Origin: Spirochaetia bacterium
GTDB lineage: Bacteria > Spirochaetota > Spirochaetia > DSM-2461
Length of the DNA: 64,000 nucleotides
Assembly (NCBI GenBank): GCA_963668315.1
Contig: OY764216.1
Location: 3,968,001 to 4,032,000, forward strand
Direction of reading: 5' to 3'
Shown here: positions 1-9,761 of the stretch, piece by piece
How positions within the stretch are numbered: the first letter of the stretch is position 1
How the letters are laid out: every line of letters begins with the position of its first letter
Notes under the pieces: generated by a model
The model's input: only the letters and a program-made list of their open reading frames with translations
Database searches by the model: none
Told to the model about the DNA's origin: nothing
Made by a program: the position numbers and the translations under genes

Positions 1-1362
1 TGTGGTGGTTAAATTTTCATTATCGTCCCAGAATTCGAAGACGAAGGAGTATTCTCCGTCGGGAGGGGTATCGCCCGAATCGGAAACACCGTCCCATCGG
101 AATGTTTCGGGAACGGTAACGGACTGTTTCTCGGCGAAAAGCCTGTCAAAGAAGTTGGAGAAGGTGGCATTTTCCGGCCGTTCGTCCTTGTTATAGATCT
201 CTTTGACCGTATTTCCCTTGCTGTCCTTGACGGTAATTTTATATCCTTCGATATATCTGTCGTCCTTTACGGTAAAGGGAACGGTCAGTTCGTCCTGTGT
301 TCCGTCGTAATTGGGAGAGATATAGGAGACAGCGTAGTCATCTTTGTCGTAGTCAACGGTGACCTCGGGAGACTCCTTGTCTCTGACTCCCATGGGAAGG
401 GTTACACCGGCGCCGAAAGCGGCAATGCCGTCATAAAGCATCTTCCCTCCGCCGGAAAGCCTCATTTCAGAAGAGGAAAGCTTATCGCTCTCCTCATCGG
501 GAGTGAGGGGGATGACAACGTTCACTCCCAGCCCGGGAATGACCGTCTGCCAGTCATCGTTCATGAGATCCTGGGCTGAAACGGATATACCGGTGGAGAC
601 AGAGAGTCTCTCTCCCACAAGGAAATCGGCTCCCAGATCAATTTTCAGATCGGAAACAGCCGGCAGGGAGAGGCCCGCCCGGGCTTTCATGGTAAATCCG
701 CCGTCCTCGAGGACAACAGCTTTCATGCCAACGGCGGGGGTGAGGTTTTCGGGAACGGCCGCCCAGAATCCTCTGGATTCGGGGGAGTAGCTCAGACCTA
801 CCCGGTTCAGTACGGCGGCGAACTCGGTGTCCCTGAGGAAACCCAGATCGCCGTACATAAAGGTCAGGCCGAAGGAGGCGGCCAGGCCCCAGTTTCCGGA
901 GAGCCCGTAAGTCCCGTTCAGTCCGAATCCGAAATGAACGTCCTCGTACAGCTCTTTGGAAAAAACGACATCACCGCCCACGGCGGTTCCGAAATTAAGG
1001 GATGTATCGTCGAAGGCGGACATATCGGAAACATGAACCGCCGATGTGAGAACACCTATTTTCATAGGAACGGAAAGGGCAAGATTCAGGCTGTGCCCCA
1101 TACCCCCGTAGGATCCGTCCCCATCATCAAACTGTTCCAGATTGATATAGTTCAGATCCAGAATGTACCTCTGGAATCCGGCAGCCGCCGCCGGGTTGAT
1201 GGTTACGGCCTGGGGTGTTTCCCTGTTGAACATATTAAAGCCCTGGGAAAGAAAAAGGGGCGAAGCCAGGTTGTATTCAAGCTCACCAGCCGATCCCGGC
1301 AAAGCTGTCACCAGTATAGGACAGATCATAAATATCAGTAAAAATAAGGCATGTTTTTTCAC
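1..1362 (-). CDS. Partial (3' end outside window) secreted/outer-membrane protein with FlgD-type Ig-like domains (spirochaete OmpA/FlgD-Ig family-like)
   Basis: Not in the ORF track; my translation is open from GTG 1362 (AGGAG upstream) to the window edge. It has a signal peptide (KKHALFLLIFMICPILVTA), an amphipathic beta-rich N-region, then ISPNYDGTQDEL and FRWDGVSDSGDTPPDGEYSF motifs typical of FlgD-Ig repeats. Confidence 0.7.
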   Translation of the reverse strand, partial: MKKHALFLLIFMICPILVTALPGSAGELEYNLASPLFLSQGFNMFNRETPQAVTINPAAAAGFQRYILDLNYINLEQFDDGDGSYGGMGHSLNLALSVPMKIGVLTSAVHVSDMSAFDDTSLNFGTAVGGDVVFSKELYEDVHFGFGLNGTYGLSGNWGLAASFGLTFMYGDLGFLRDTEFAAVLNRVGLSYSPESRGFWAAVPENLTPAVGMKAVVLEDGGFTMKARAGLSLPAVSDLKIDLGADFLVGERLSVSTGISVSAQDLMNDDWQTVIPGLGVNVVIPLTPDEESDKLSSSEMRLSGGGKMLYDGIAAFGAGVTLPMGVRDKESPEVTVDYDKDDYAVSYISPNYDGTQDELTVPFTVKDDRYIEGYKITVKDSKGNTVKEIYNKDERPENATFSNFFDRLFAEKQSVTVPETFRWDGVSDSGDTPPDGEYSFVFEFWDDNENLTTT

Positions 1363-1458
1363 GGCATTCTCCTATTATTATCTGTCTAGTATAACACATT
1401 CCCCCGAAAAAATGATATAATGGCCTTTTATTTTTCCATACTCGAGGAGTTGAAACGC

Positions 1459-2223
1459 ATGTCATTGGCAAATAACGATAAGGAGTGGTTCGAAAGCGAC
1501 TGGTTCTGGGAAACCTTCGGCCCCATCATGTTCGACCAGGGAACCATGTCCAAAACAGAAGAGGAAGCGGAAGGTGTCATCCGTCTTGCCGGAGTTGCTC
1601 CGGAATCACGTATATTCGATATCTGCTGCGGTTTCGGCCGCCACTCCCTGGAGCTGGGCCGCTGGGGCTATAACATGACGGGTATGGACAGGACGGCGGC
1701 CTATATAAAAAGAGCTCAGACGTCTGCCGCGGAGGAGGATCTCCCCTGCCGTTTTCTTGAAGGCGACGTGCGGACCGACCGGCCGGAAGGCCTTTTCGAC
1801 GGCGCCATATGCATGTGGAATTCCTTCGGCTATACGGAAGATCCCGCCGATGACGACAAAATCATCAAAAACGCCTACGACTCTCTCAAGAAGGGGGGAT
1901 TCTTCCTGCTGGATACACCGGGCAAAGAGGTTCTCGCCAGCGGATTCGAGCCGAATACCTGGTTTGAACGGGACGAGACGAAAATCCTCCTCGAATACAG
2001 CATTGAGCTGAACTGGACCGTTCTGAAAAACCGCTGGCTCTTCCTTGAGAAGGACGGAGAACTGCGGGAGTTTTCCTTCTCCCAGAGAATCTTCTCCGCC
2101 CTGGAACTGGCGCAGATGCTCTATAAGGCCGGTTTCGACTCCATAGACATCTACGGTTCCTGGCAGGGAGACCCCTATGACAACAATGCCGAAAGGCTCA
2201 TCGTCATAGGTTGGAAAGTGTAA
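1459..2223 (+). CDS. Class I SAM-dependent methyltransferase
   Basis: Motif I FDICCGFGRH, then GMD, GDVR and NSFGY. GAGGAG at 1444 favours the ATG at 1459. Confidence 0.85.
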   Translation: MSLANNDKEWFESDWFWETFGPIMFDQGTMSKTEEEAEGVIRLAGVAPESRIFDICCGFGRHSLELGRWGYNMTGMDRTAAYIKRAQTSAAEEDLPCRFLEGDVRTDRPEGLFDGAICMWNSFGYTEDPADDDKIIKNAYDSLKKGGFFLLDTPGKEVLASGFEPNTWFERDETKILLEYSIELNWTVLKNRWLFLEKDGELREFSFSQRIFSALELAQMLYKAGFDSIDIYGSWQGDPYDNNAERLIVIGWKV

Positions 2224-3250
2224 AATCCCCGTTTGTCAGCCTGAAAGAGTCTTTCAGGCCGGAAGACATGTATATGCGGTTATCCTTTGTGATAAACAGG
2301 GCTTCGAAGTAGTCATGGTCTTCGGCAAAGGCCATGCCCTCTTCCAGTCCCATGGAGTAAAGGGAGGTGGAAAGCCCGTCCGCCTGGGCCGACAGGGGGG
2401 TCACGATCGTGACAGCGGCCAGATTGTTGTTCACGGGAAACCCCGTGGCACTGTCCAGAATATGGTGGTACCTTACGCCGTCTACCTCGAAATAACGTTC
2501 ATAATTTCCCGAAGTGACCATGGACATGGCCTCGAGGCTGAGTATTCCCACGTAGTCCCCCCGGGCGGCCAGAGGATTCTGAAGCCCGATATTCCAGAGC
2601 GCGCCGTCCGGTTTATTTCCCATAACGAGGACATTTCCTCCGAAGTTGATGATTCCCCTTCTGGCCCCCCGGTCTTCCAGTACCTCTTTTATCCGGTCGG
2701 CTGCATACCCTTTGGCGATACCTCCCAGGTCTAGGGACATGCCGCTTTTCATGGTCACCACATTCCCGTCCAGAGCGACATTATTCCAGTCCAGAAAGGG
2801 TCTTACCCCGTCGATTTCTTCCTTCCCGGGGATCCGGGCGTTTTCCGTCCCGATACCCCAGAGATCGACGAGAGGACCGACAGCCGGATTGAACCGCCCC
2901 TTTGTCTCGGCCGCATAACCAAGGGCAAGGCGCATAAGATCGGCGGTCTCGGCAGTCAGTTCCATCGAGACGGAATCCTCTCCTCTCTCAAGGGCTTCAG
3001 CGGCCAGGCCGTTGAGCCGGCCGAGTTCGCTGGTTGCAATATGGCGGCTCAGGGTATTCTCCAGGCGGTCCACTTCTTCGAAAGCGGCTTCCGCCATAGC
3101 TGCGCTGTCTTCCTCATAGAGGGTGATCTGGCACAGTGTGTTCAAAGCGAAACGGTCAAACCGCTCCGGGGAGGCTTCTCCGCGGGAGCAATTAGTAAAC
3201 ATAAGAATGGTTATAAAAATCAGGATGTTATAAAAAAAAGTTTTTCCCAT
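2204..3250 (-). CDS. apbE: FAD:protein FMN transferase (ApbE/Ftp) lipoprotein
   Basis: Lipobox-like FTNC; DLGGIAKGYAAD, TSGNYERY, YHHILD and ADGLST motifs. Confidence 0.93.
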   Translation of the reverse strand: MGKTFFYNILIFITILMFTNCSRGEASPERFDRFALNTLCQITLYEEDSAAMAEAAFEEVDRLENTLSRHIATSELGRLNGLAAEALERGEDSVSMELTAETADLMRLALGYAAETKGRFNPAVGPLVDLWGIGTENARIPGKEEIDGVRPFLDWNNVALDGNVVTMKSGMSLDLGGIAKGYAADRIKEVLEDRGARRGIINFGGNVLVMGNKPDGALWNIGLQNPLAARGDYVGILSLEAMSMVTSGNYERYFEVDGVRYHHILDSATGFPVNNNLAAVTIVTPLSAQADGLSTSLYSMGLEEGMAFAEDHDYFEALFITKDNRIYMSSGLKDSFRLTNGDFTLSNL

Positions 3251-3336
3251 GCCGGGGATTTTATGTTAAAATGGCGTTGCTGTAAACAGCGCGGGGTGCC
3301 TGTCTCCATGTTTATTTAATAAGGAAGATCGTTTTA

Positions 3337-5442
3337 GTGAAAATACGTGCAAAACTGCTTCTCCTTGAAGGTAGTATAACCGGTATTCTATTTCTCAGCC
3401 TTATCCTGTCCGTCTACTCCCTCATCAGCCTGTCCGGTATAAATACTCTTTACAGGGAACTTCTTGACAAGAACACAGAAACCAAACAGCTGCGCCTGAA
3501 AATGGAGGAGATCCTTTATTTTCCCTCCGCCCAGATTACGGATTTCATACAACTGGAAAAAGAGTGGACCTCCCTGACCATATCCCTGGGCCAGTCCAAC
3601 AACAGCAGAGCCGTTAAAATGCTGGGCCGGGATTTCCATTCCTCCCTGGACAGGATTGAGAAAGAGTGGCGCATCCTCTCCAGCGACAGGAATATCTCCG
3701 ATTATCATGTTTTCTTTGAAGATTACCTCAGGGAAAACAGTACCCAGACAAGCGGTTTATACTCCTATTCGGAGAACAGCGAGGACAGGGAAACGAAACA
3801 GGTGGTGTCCCTCTTCAGAAACATCGTTGAGGAGCTGATTAAAATCGACGTGCGCGAAGATGAGCTTATCGATTCCATACAGCCCCAGATCCCCCAGGTC
3901 ATGCGAAGGACCATTATCCGCATCATCGGGGGAAACATACTGGCCCTTATCGTAACCATCATAATTGCTTTTATATTCGGCAGCCGCTTTCTGGATAATA
4001 TCACCCGCATCAAATACTCGATAAACCGTGTTTCCAGCGGAGAATTTTCCCATAAGCTGCAGATCTCATCAAACGATGAATTCGGCCGGCTGGCCCGGGA
4101 TTTCAATGCCGTTACTGAAGCGCTCTGGGCCAAGCTGGAATCTGTGCAGAGCATTCTTAACGACGTGGGTGAATCAATCAGCAATGAGATTGACGTGGAG
4201 AAAGTGGAAAAGGCCATTGTCTACCTGGGCCTCAAGAGTTCCGACGCGTCCGGGGCCGCCCTTTATCTGTTCAATGACGACAATACGGAACTTCTTCTCA
4301 CCTATGGCGTAGGTGATTTCCGGCCGCCCTACCCCCTGGGAGAGGAGAAAGAGAACGTTCTCCCCTTCAAATCCACCGATGAAACCCTCGCTTCCTTCAG
4401 AGACATCCCCGTCAAGGTAGGAGAGCATCTCATAGGAGAAGCCGCCCAGAAGGGAGAGGCGATTATCATCAAGAGGACCTACTCCTCTTCCTTCGCCCGG
4501 CCCCATAACCATCCCTACCACATCAACTCGGCCATCGCCATTCCCATCCGGACGGGAAACGTGGTTCTGGGAGTACTCTGCCTTATCCATACGGACGACA
4601 CCTATTTCTCCGACCTGGAACTTGCCAATGCCCAGTCATTCTGCGAGCTGGCCGCCATATCGATTGACAATCTGATGAAATATAACGAGATGCTCGGCGT
4701 ATTCGAACTGAACAGGGAGATCGACATCGCCGCGCAGATTCAGCAGAATCTTCTTCCCCAGCAGATTCCCCGCCTCCGCCATACGGACATGTCCTTTCAG
4801 ACACGGACATGCCGCGGTATCAACGGGGATTTCTACGACTGTTACATGAATGACAAGGAGACCATCCTCATCACCATCTGCGAAGTCGCCGGAAAAGGCG
4901 TTCCCGCCGCCCTGGTTATCACGATGATCAAGACAATCCTCAAGCTTGTGGCCAAACCGGGACTGAACGCCGCCGAGATCATAGGCGCCCTGAACAGGAA
5001 TATCACCGAGAAAATCAGGATAGAAAACATCGCCGCCCTCTCACTGATTCTTTATAATCAGACCACGGGCAGCCTCTCTTACGCTTCGGCCGGAACACAG
5101 CCCATGCTGCTCTACCGCTCCCGTTCGAATGAGTACGAAGAGATTCTTCCCCAGGGTATTCCCGTAGGCCTTGATAAGAAAGCCGACTACGAGGAAAGCC
5201 GCCTAAGCCTTGACAAGGGCGATTTTCTCATGCTGTTCACCGACGGGATTCCGGAAGCCCGGAACAGCGCCGGTAAAGAGTACGGCATCGACTCTCTGAA
5301 GAAATTAGCCCTCTCCGCCAGGGAAGGATCGGCCGAAGAGATGGTACACGAAATCATAGAAGACCTCGATTATTTCCACCGGAACTCCCACCAGTGGGAC
5401 GATCAGACAATTTTCGCGTTGAAAAGAGAAGGAGAACTCTAA
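3337..5442 (+). CDS. Membrane HAMP-GAF-PP2C (SpoIIE/RsbU-type) phosphatase, copy 1
   Basis: Two TM segments, HAMP (DEFGRLARDFN), GAF, AAQIQQNLLP, GDFYD, EVAGKG, TDG and DDQT. Confidence 0.88.
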   Translation: MKIRAKLLLLEGSITGILFLSLILSVYSLISLSGINTLYRELLDKNTETKQLRLKMEEILYFPSAQITDFIQLEKEWTSLTISLGQSNNSRAVKMLGRDFHSSLDRIEKEWRILSSDRNISDYHVFFEDYLRENSTQTSGLYSYSENSEDRETKQVVSLFRNIVEELIKIDVREDELIDSIQPQIPQVMRRTIIRIIGGNILALIVTIIIAFIFGSRFLDNITRIKYSINRVSSGEFSHKLQISSNDEFGRLARDFNAVTEALWAKLESVQSILNDVGESISNEIDVEKVEKAIVYLGLKSSDASGAALYLFNDDNTELLLTYGVGDFRPPYPLGEEKENVLPFKSTDETLASFRDIPVKVGEHLIGEAAQKGEAIIIKRTYSSSFARPHNHPYHINSAIAIPIRTGNVVLGVLCLIHTDDTYFSDLELANAQSFCELAAISIDNLMKYNEMLGVFELNREIDIAAQIQQNLLPQQIPRLRHTDMSFQTRTCRGINGDFYDCYMNDKETILITICEVAGKGVPAALVITMIKTILKLVAKPGLNAAEIIGALNRNITEKIRIENIAALSLILYNQTTGSLSYASAGTQPMLLYRSRSNEYEEILPQGIPVGLDKKADYEESRLSLDKGDFLMLFTDGIPEARNSAGKEYGIDSLKKLALSAREGSAEEMVHEIIEDLDYFHRNSHQWDDQTIFALKREGEL

Positions 5443-7565
5443 TGAAATTATCTTCCCGACTTCCCCTTTTTCAGACGATCATTCTGATTCTTTTTTCTCT
5501 GACCCTGACCCTGGCTCTGTTTGTTTTCAGGGAGATAAACAGACTTTCCCTGCAGATTGTTCTTCTTGACAATATGCATAGCGACGTATTGAACCTGAAC
5601 GACGAACTGGGTATAAATCTTTATAAACCTCAGATACCGTCTGTGGGATATTACAAACTCTCCCAGCAGATCAACGGCATTGATCATCTTATTGTACAGC
5701 TCAAGGATAACCAGAAACAGAGCCGGGGGGAGTCCAGCTACAAGGAGAGAACCGATCTCCTGATCAATCAGTGGGAAAGCATCAGGGAAGCCCAGATTGA
5801 GCCCCTCCTTCTTGAACTACGCGATTTCCAGCCCCTGGCCGGATACTACACATTCAACGTATACGGCATGAAGGGCTCCCTGCGGCCCCTCTACCAGAGC
5901 GGGCAGGATGAACTGTATCTGCAGCTCAGATCCATCATCAGCCTGATGGAGTCCCTTCAGACGAAAATAACGATAAACCTGGCGGGAATGACGGAAACCA
6001 CCTCGGTTATGGTGGAAAGGGAAATAGATCAGTTCAGCAGAAATATGGTGCGAAACGCCCTGGTCGTTACAGCCGTCATGCTGGCCATAAGCATTGCCCT
6101 TTCCCTTTACCTCTCCTATTCCATAGCGGGTAATATCAAAAGAGTAGACGACGCCATCGCTCAGGTGGCCTCGGGAAACTTCCATTATACCCTCAAAACG
6201 GCGGGGGATGATGAGTTCAGCGAGATAGCCGGGGGATTTAATACTCTGACCGAAATGCTCTGGTTCCGGATCGATTCGCTAAAGGATATCATGCGGGACA
6301 TCGGCAATGCGGTGGAGAAGGAAGTCTCCGCCGAATCCCTCTACTCCCTGATTCTGGAGCTGGCGATTGACAGTACCGGTGCGGACAGCGCCATCCTGAT
6401 GCTTTACGACGAAAAGGAGAATGCCCTGACCATGGGATACCAGCTGGGCTTTTTCCCCCCACCCGTCAAGATTCCCCGCAACGTGCGGGTCAAAAGGGAA
6501 AACATAAGGGAGTGGTTCGACTCAACGAAAATCCCCCTGACCGGTAATATTCTGGGAGATTCCTGCAACAGAGGCAGTTCCTTCTTCATACACGATAATG
6601 AGCACCAGGGTGGACTGCCCGAGAACCGCGACAAGAGGGATTCCCACTTTATCAGCTCCTCCATTATCCTCAGCCTGAATTCCCCGGAAAAGAAAATCGG
6701 TCTTATCGCCCTGGCGAAAACCCGTCCGGACAACCTTTTCACAGACCTGGATTATACTTATATGAAATCCTTCGCCAATTTCGTCACCATAACCATGGAC
6801 AATTTCGAAAAATACCAGGAACTCGTTAAAAAACATGAAATAAACAAGGAAATAGAAGTGGCCGCCGAAATCCAGGGGACCCTGCTTCCGGGACGGATGC
6901 CGCCCATGGGATATACCAGAATATCCGCGTTCTCCCATCCCGCGAAGGGAGTCAGCGGAGACTATTACGACGTATTCTCCCTGGACAAACAGAGAACGGC
7001 GGTCATCATATGCGACGTTTCGGGGAAAGGAATTCCCGCGTCCCTGTTCATGGTCATGTTCAGAACGGTTCTGAGAACCGTATCGTCTCCCCGGATGAAT
7101 GCCTCCCAGATTCTGACGGCGGTCAACAGGGAAATATCGGGAAACTTCCTGAGCGGCACTTTCGCCACCGCATCCCTACTCATTATCAACCACGCCACGA
7201 ACAGCATCTCCTTTTCCAACGGAGCCCATCATCCCCTGTACATCTACCGATCGGACAAAACGGCGTTCGTGAAATTCGATACGGAAGGCCTGCCCCTGGG
7301 AATAGATATCAGGGGAGAATACGGTCATAAAAACATCAAAGTGAATAAGGGAGATTATCTTTTCCTTTTTACGGACGGATTAACGGAAGCAAGAAATATC
7401 AAGGGAGAGGAACTTGGCACAGGCCGGCTGTTAAAATATGCCAGCCAGTTCACCGATCAGTCTCCCGACAGGATGAAGGAGCTCATAGAAGATCTGATCC
7501 GTAATTTCGAGGGTGAGGCCGGACAGCATGATGACGAGACCTTCCTGGCTATCCGTATCGGCTGA
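5442..7565 (+). CDS. Membrane HAMP-GAF-PP2C (SpoIIE/RsbU-type) phosphatase, copy 2
   Basis: TAATG overlap with copy 1; HAMP (DEFSEIAGGFN), GAF, SGDYYD, DVSGKG, TDGLTE and DDET. Confidence 0.9.
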   Translation: MKLSSRLPLFQTIILILFSLTLTLALFVFREINRLSLQIVLLDNMHSDVLNLNDELGINLYKPQIPSVGYYKLSQQINGIDHLIVQLKDNQKQSRGESSYKERTDLLINQWESIREAQIEPLLLELRDFQPLAGYYTFNVYGMKGSLRPLYQSGQDELYLQLRSIISLMESLQTKITINLAGMTETTSVMVEREIDQFSRNMVRNALVVTAVMLAISIALSLYLSYSIAGNIKRVDDAIAQVASGNFHYTLKTAGDDEFSEIAGGFNTLTEMLWFRIDSLKDIMRDIGNAVEKEVSAESLYSLILELAIDSTGADSAILMLYDEKENALTMGYQLGFFPPPVKIPRNVRVKRENIREWFDSTKIPLTGNILGDSCNRGSSFFIHDNEHQGGLPENRDKRDSHFISSSIILSLNSPEKKIGLIALAKTRPDNLFTDLDYTYMKSFANFVTITMDNFEKYQELVKKHEINKEIEVAAEIQGTLLPGRMPPMGYTRISAFSHPAKGVSGDYYDVFSLDKQRTAVIICDVSGKGIPASLFMVMFRTVLRTVSSPRMNASQILTAVNREISGNFLSGTFATASLLIINHATNSISFSNGAHHPLYIYRSDKTAFVKFDTEGLPLGIDIRGEYGHKNIKVNKGDYLFLFTDGLTEARNIKGEELGTGRLLKYASQFTDQSPDRMKELIEDLIRNFEGEAGQHDDETFLAIRIG

Positions 7566-7568
7566 GAA

Positions 7569-8678
7569 CTAATCTTCTTCCGACCTATCCGGGCCGAGCT
7601 CTGCCTTCTCACTCTCCAGCTGCGTTTTCTTTACCAGCAGTTCCTCGGCTTCCCCCTCAAGGGCTTCCCATTTCAGGCGCTCCTTTTCGGCTTTTTCCTT
7701 CTGCTGGTCGGCTTCCTTCCTTTTCTTCTGCAGCTGTTCGTCCAACTCCTCTATGCGTATTCCGGTCACACAGAGAACCTTTTCACGGCTTTTCTCTTCC
7801 CTTTCCTTTTTCAGCTCATCCACAAGTCCCCGGAAGGGTTTGCCCTCTTCCTCTCCGCTGTACAGGGACTGTCCGAGCCTCAGGTAAGCCTTGTCCAGTT
7901 CACCGTCCCTTTCGCCCTTCTCGTCTTCAAGAACTTTGAGGGCTTTGGCAGGCTTGTTGCCTCTGCACAGCTCAGCAATTTTCTGCTCCCGTTCCTTTTC
8001 GCTCATAGAAAGGGATTCAAGCTCTTCCCGTAATTTTCGGGAGGTCTCATTCTTTGACTGGAATTCTTCATAAATATCGGTCAGACCGTTCTGGGCGATA
8101 GCGTTGAAATAACCGTCGTTTATCAGTCGTTCTCCCGCTTTCTTATAATATTTATTCAGATTATCTCCGGCCGATTTCTTGATGGAGGACTGGGAGGATT
8201 TTTTTATGAAGGTCCCCATTTTTCGGAAAAAGCTCTTCTCCCCTTCCTCGCTTCTAATCCGGAATAATTCGTTATCCGCATTCCTGATTTTGTCTTCCCA
8301 GTTAAGCAGAGGCTCGAAGATTCCGTCCAGTCCCTCGGTTTCGGAAAGGGCGCCCTTTTTATAAAGATCAAAGGCTCTTCTTCCCAGGATGAGATAAAAA
8401 TCCGCCCGTGCCTTGATCTCCTCCGATTCACTCTCTCTGATTTTCGTCTGCGCCGATCTGATTTCCTCGATTTCCCGGGCAAGGCTGTCTATGGCGGCAT
8501 AGTCGCGGTCGATTCTCTCAATGTCTTCGAGAAGCTTCCCTATCTCTTCAGGACACTCCTTGCGGGACAGGCCGGCGGTATACTCCTGTGCCCAGGCTAT
8601 GCAGTGAGACTGTATCTGTTCATCCAATTGTTCCAGCTGATCTTCAATACCCTTTAATTTCTGCTTCAGATTGGCCAC
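7569..8678 (-). CDS. Hypothetical coiled-coil protein
   Basis: 369-aa E/K-rich helical ORF with AGGAG upstream; three YxxxGxxx(F/L/Y)-like repeats. Confidence 0.75.
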   Translation of the reverse strand: MANLKQKLKGIEDQLEQLDEQIQSHCIAWAQEYTAGLSRKECPEEIGKLLEDIERIDRDYAAIDSLAREIEEIRSAQTKIRESESEEIKARADFYLILGRRAFDLYKKGALSETEGLDGIFEPLLNWEDKIRNADNELFRIRSEEGEKSFFRKMGTFIKKSSQSSIKKSAGDNLNKYYKKAGERLINDGYFNAIAQNGLTDIYEEFQSKNETSRKLREELESLSMSEKEREQKIAELCRGNKPAKALKVLEDEKGERDGELDKAYLRLGQSLYSGEEEGKPFRGLVDELKKEREEKSREKVLCVTGIRIEELDEQLQKKRKEADQQKEKAEKERLKWEALEGEAEELLVKKTQLESEKAELGPDRSEED

Positions 8679-8826
8679 TATTCACTCCTTGGACGAAATC
8701 ATCCTATTTAATATAACCAATTTCTTCCGCATTAACAAGAAAATACGCAATTTCAAAGCTAAGTTCACTATATATTGACAAAGGATTTTTCTCCCTATAA
8801 ATTATAGGAATAATACAGGGAGCAAG

Positions 8827-9759
8827 ATGAGACCGTCCTATTATGCAATCCAGCTTAATGAAAGGGAAGAAAGGACATTTCTCACCTCCCGGTTATCGGA
8901 CAGAAAGGAGAGAGGAATCCTGGTCCTGTCGGATGAGAGCGGTTTGAAAATATACGAGAGTATAACAAATACGCTCAAAGCCAGAGTGCTGTATCTGACA
9001 GGAGGGGCTAATGTTTTAAGGGAATCAAGAAAGATTAGAAAGGGCTATCATCTGATAGGTTCCGACACACCGGGTATTATCGATCAGATCAGACGGAAAC
9101 AGATCGACTTATCCCCTTTTAGAACGATCATAGCCAGACTTCCCGGGAAGAATAAGGAATCTTTTCTCGGAGACGTGTCTTTTATCATATCCCATATGCC
9201 CGGATTTCATCAGCTGTTCATAATCGGTGACATATCAGAATGTTCTGAGGATCATCCTCTGCTCAAATCAGCGGAAACTTCCGTCAAATTTAACACCATG
9301 GAAAAGGAGAGACATGTGGCAAAGATACCCGAAAACATGATCAGCGCCATTGACGAGTTAGTCGGCAAGACAAGGAATGACAAGGAGCCGGAGACCCTTG
9401 CCGAATACAGAAAGTATTTCAAGAAATGCGTTCCCCTGGGCTTTCGCGGCTGGGTGACAGCTTACCTACTGAGGGAGTATCTTTCCCGGGATAAATCATT
9501 TAAACTCCCCCAGCTTACCGAGGGGGCTACCCTCTTCATCGGCATCGGCAAAAACCGGAAAGTCTATCCCAAGGATCTGATTCACCTGTTCATCAATACA
9601 GGGAAAGTCGAGAGAAGCCATATCGGGGAGATTCGCATACTGGATAACTACGCCTTTGTATCCATTGAAAAAGCTTCTGCGGATAAGGCAATTGACAATC
9701 TGAACGGCATCAATTACAGAGGCCGCAGTCTGACTGTCAATTACGCTAAACAGAAATAG
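8827..9759 (+). CDS. DbpA-type RNA-binding (RRM) domain protein with a degenerate DEAD-box-like N-domain
   Basis: C-terminal LFIGIGKNRKVYPKDL...IGEIRILDNYAFV...LNGINYRGRSLTVNYA. The N-part retains GG, TPG and IDLS remnants. Confidence 0.8.
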   Translation: MRPSYYAIQLNEREERTFLTSRLSDRKERGILVLSDESGLKIYESITNTLKARVLYLTGGANVLRESRKIRKGYHLIGSDTPGIIDQIRRKQIDLSPFRTIIARLPGKNKESFLGDVSFIISHMPGFHQLFIIGDISECSEDHPLLKSAETSVKFNTMEKERHVAKIPENMISAIDELVGKTRNDKEPETLAEYRKYFKKCVPLGFRGWVTAYLLREYLSRDKSFKLPQLTEGATLFIGIGKNRKVYPKDLIHLFINTGKVERSHIGEIRILDNYAFVSIEKASADKAIDNLNGINYRGRSLTVNYAKQK

Positions 9760-9761
9760 TA

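Noticed and set aside
2..1471. Short ORFs listed in the first 1.5 kb
   Set aside because: Shadows of the uninterrupted minus-strand gene at 1-1362.
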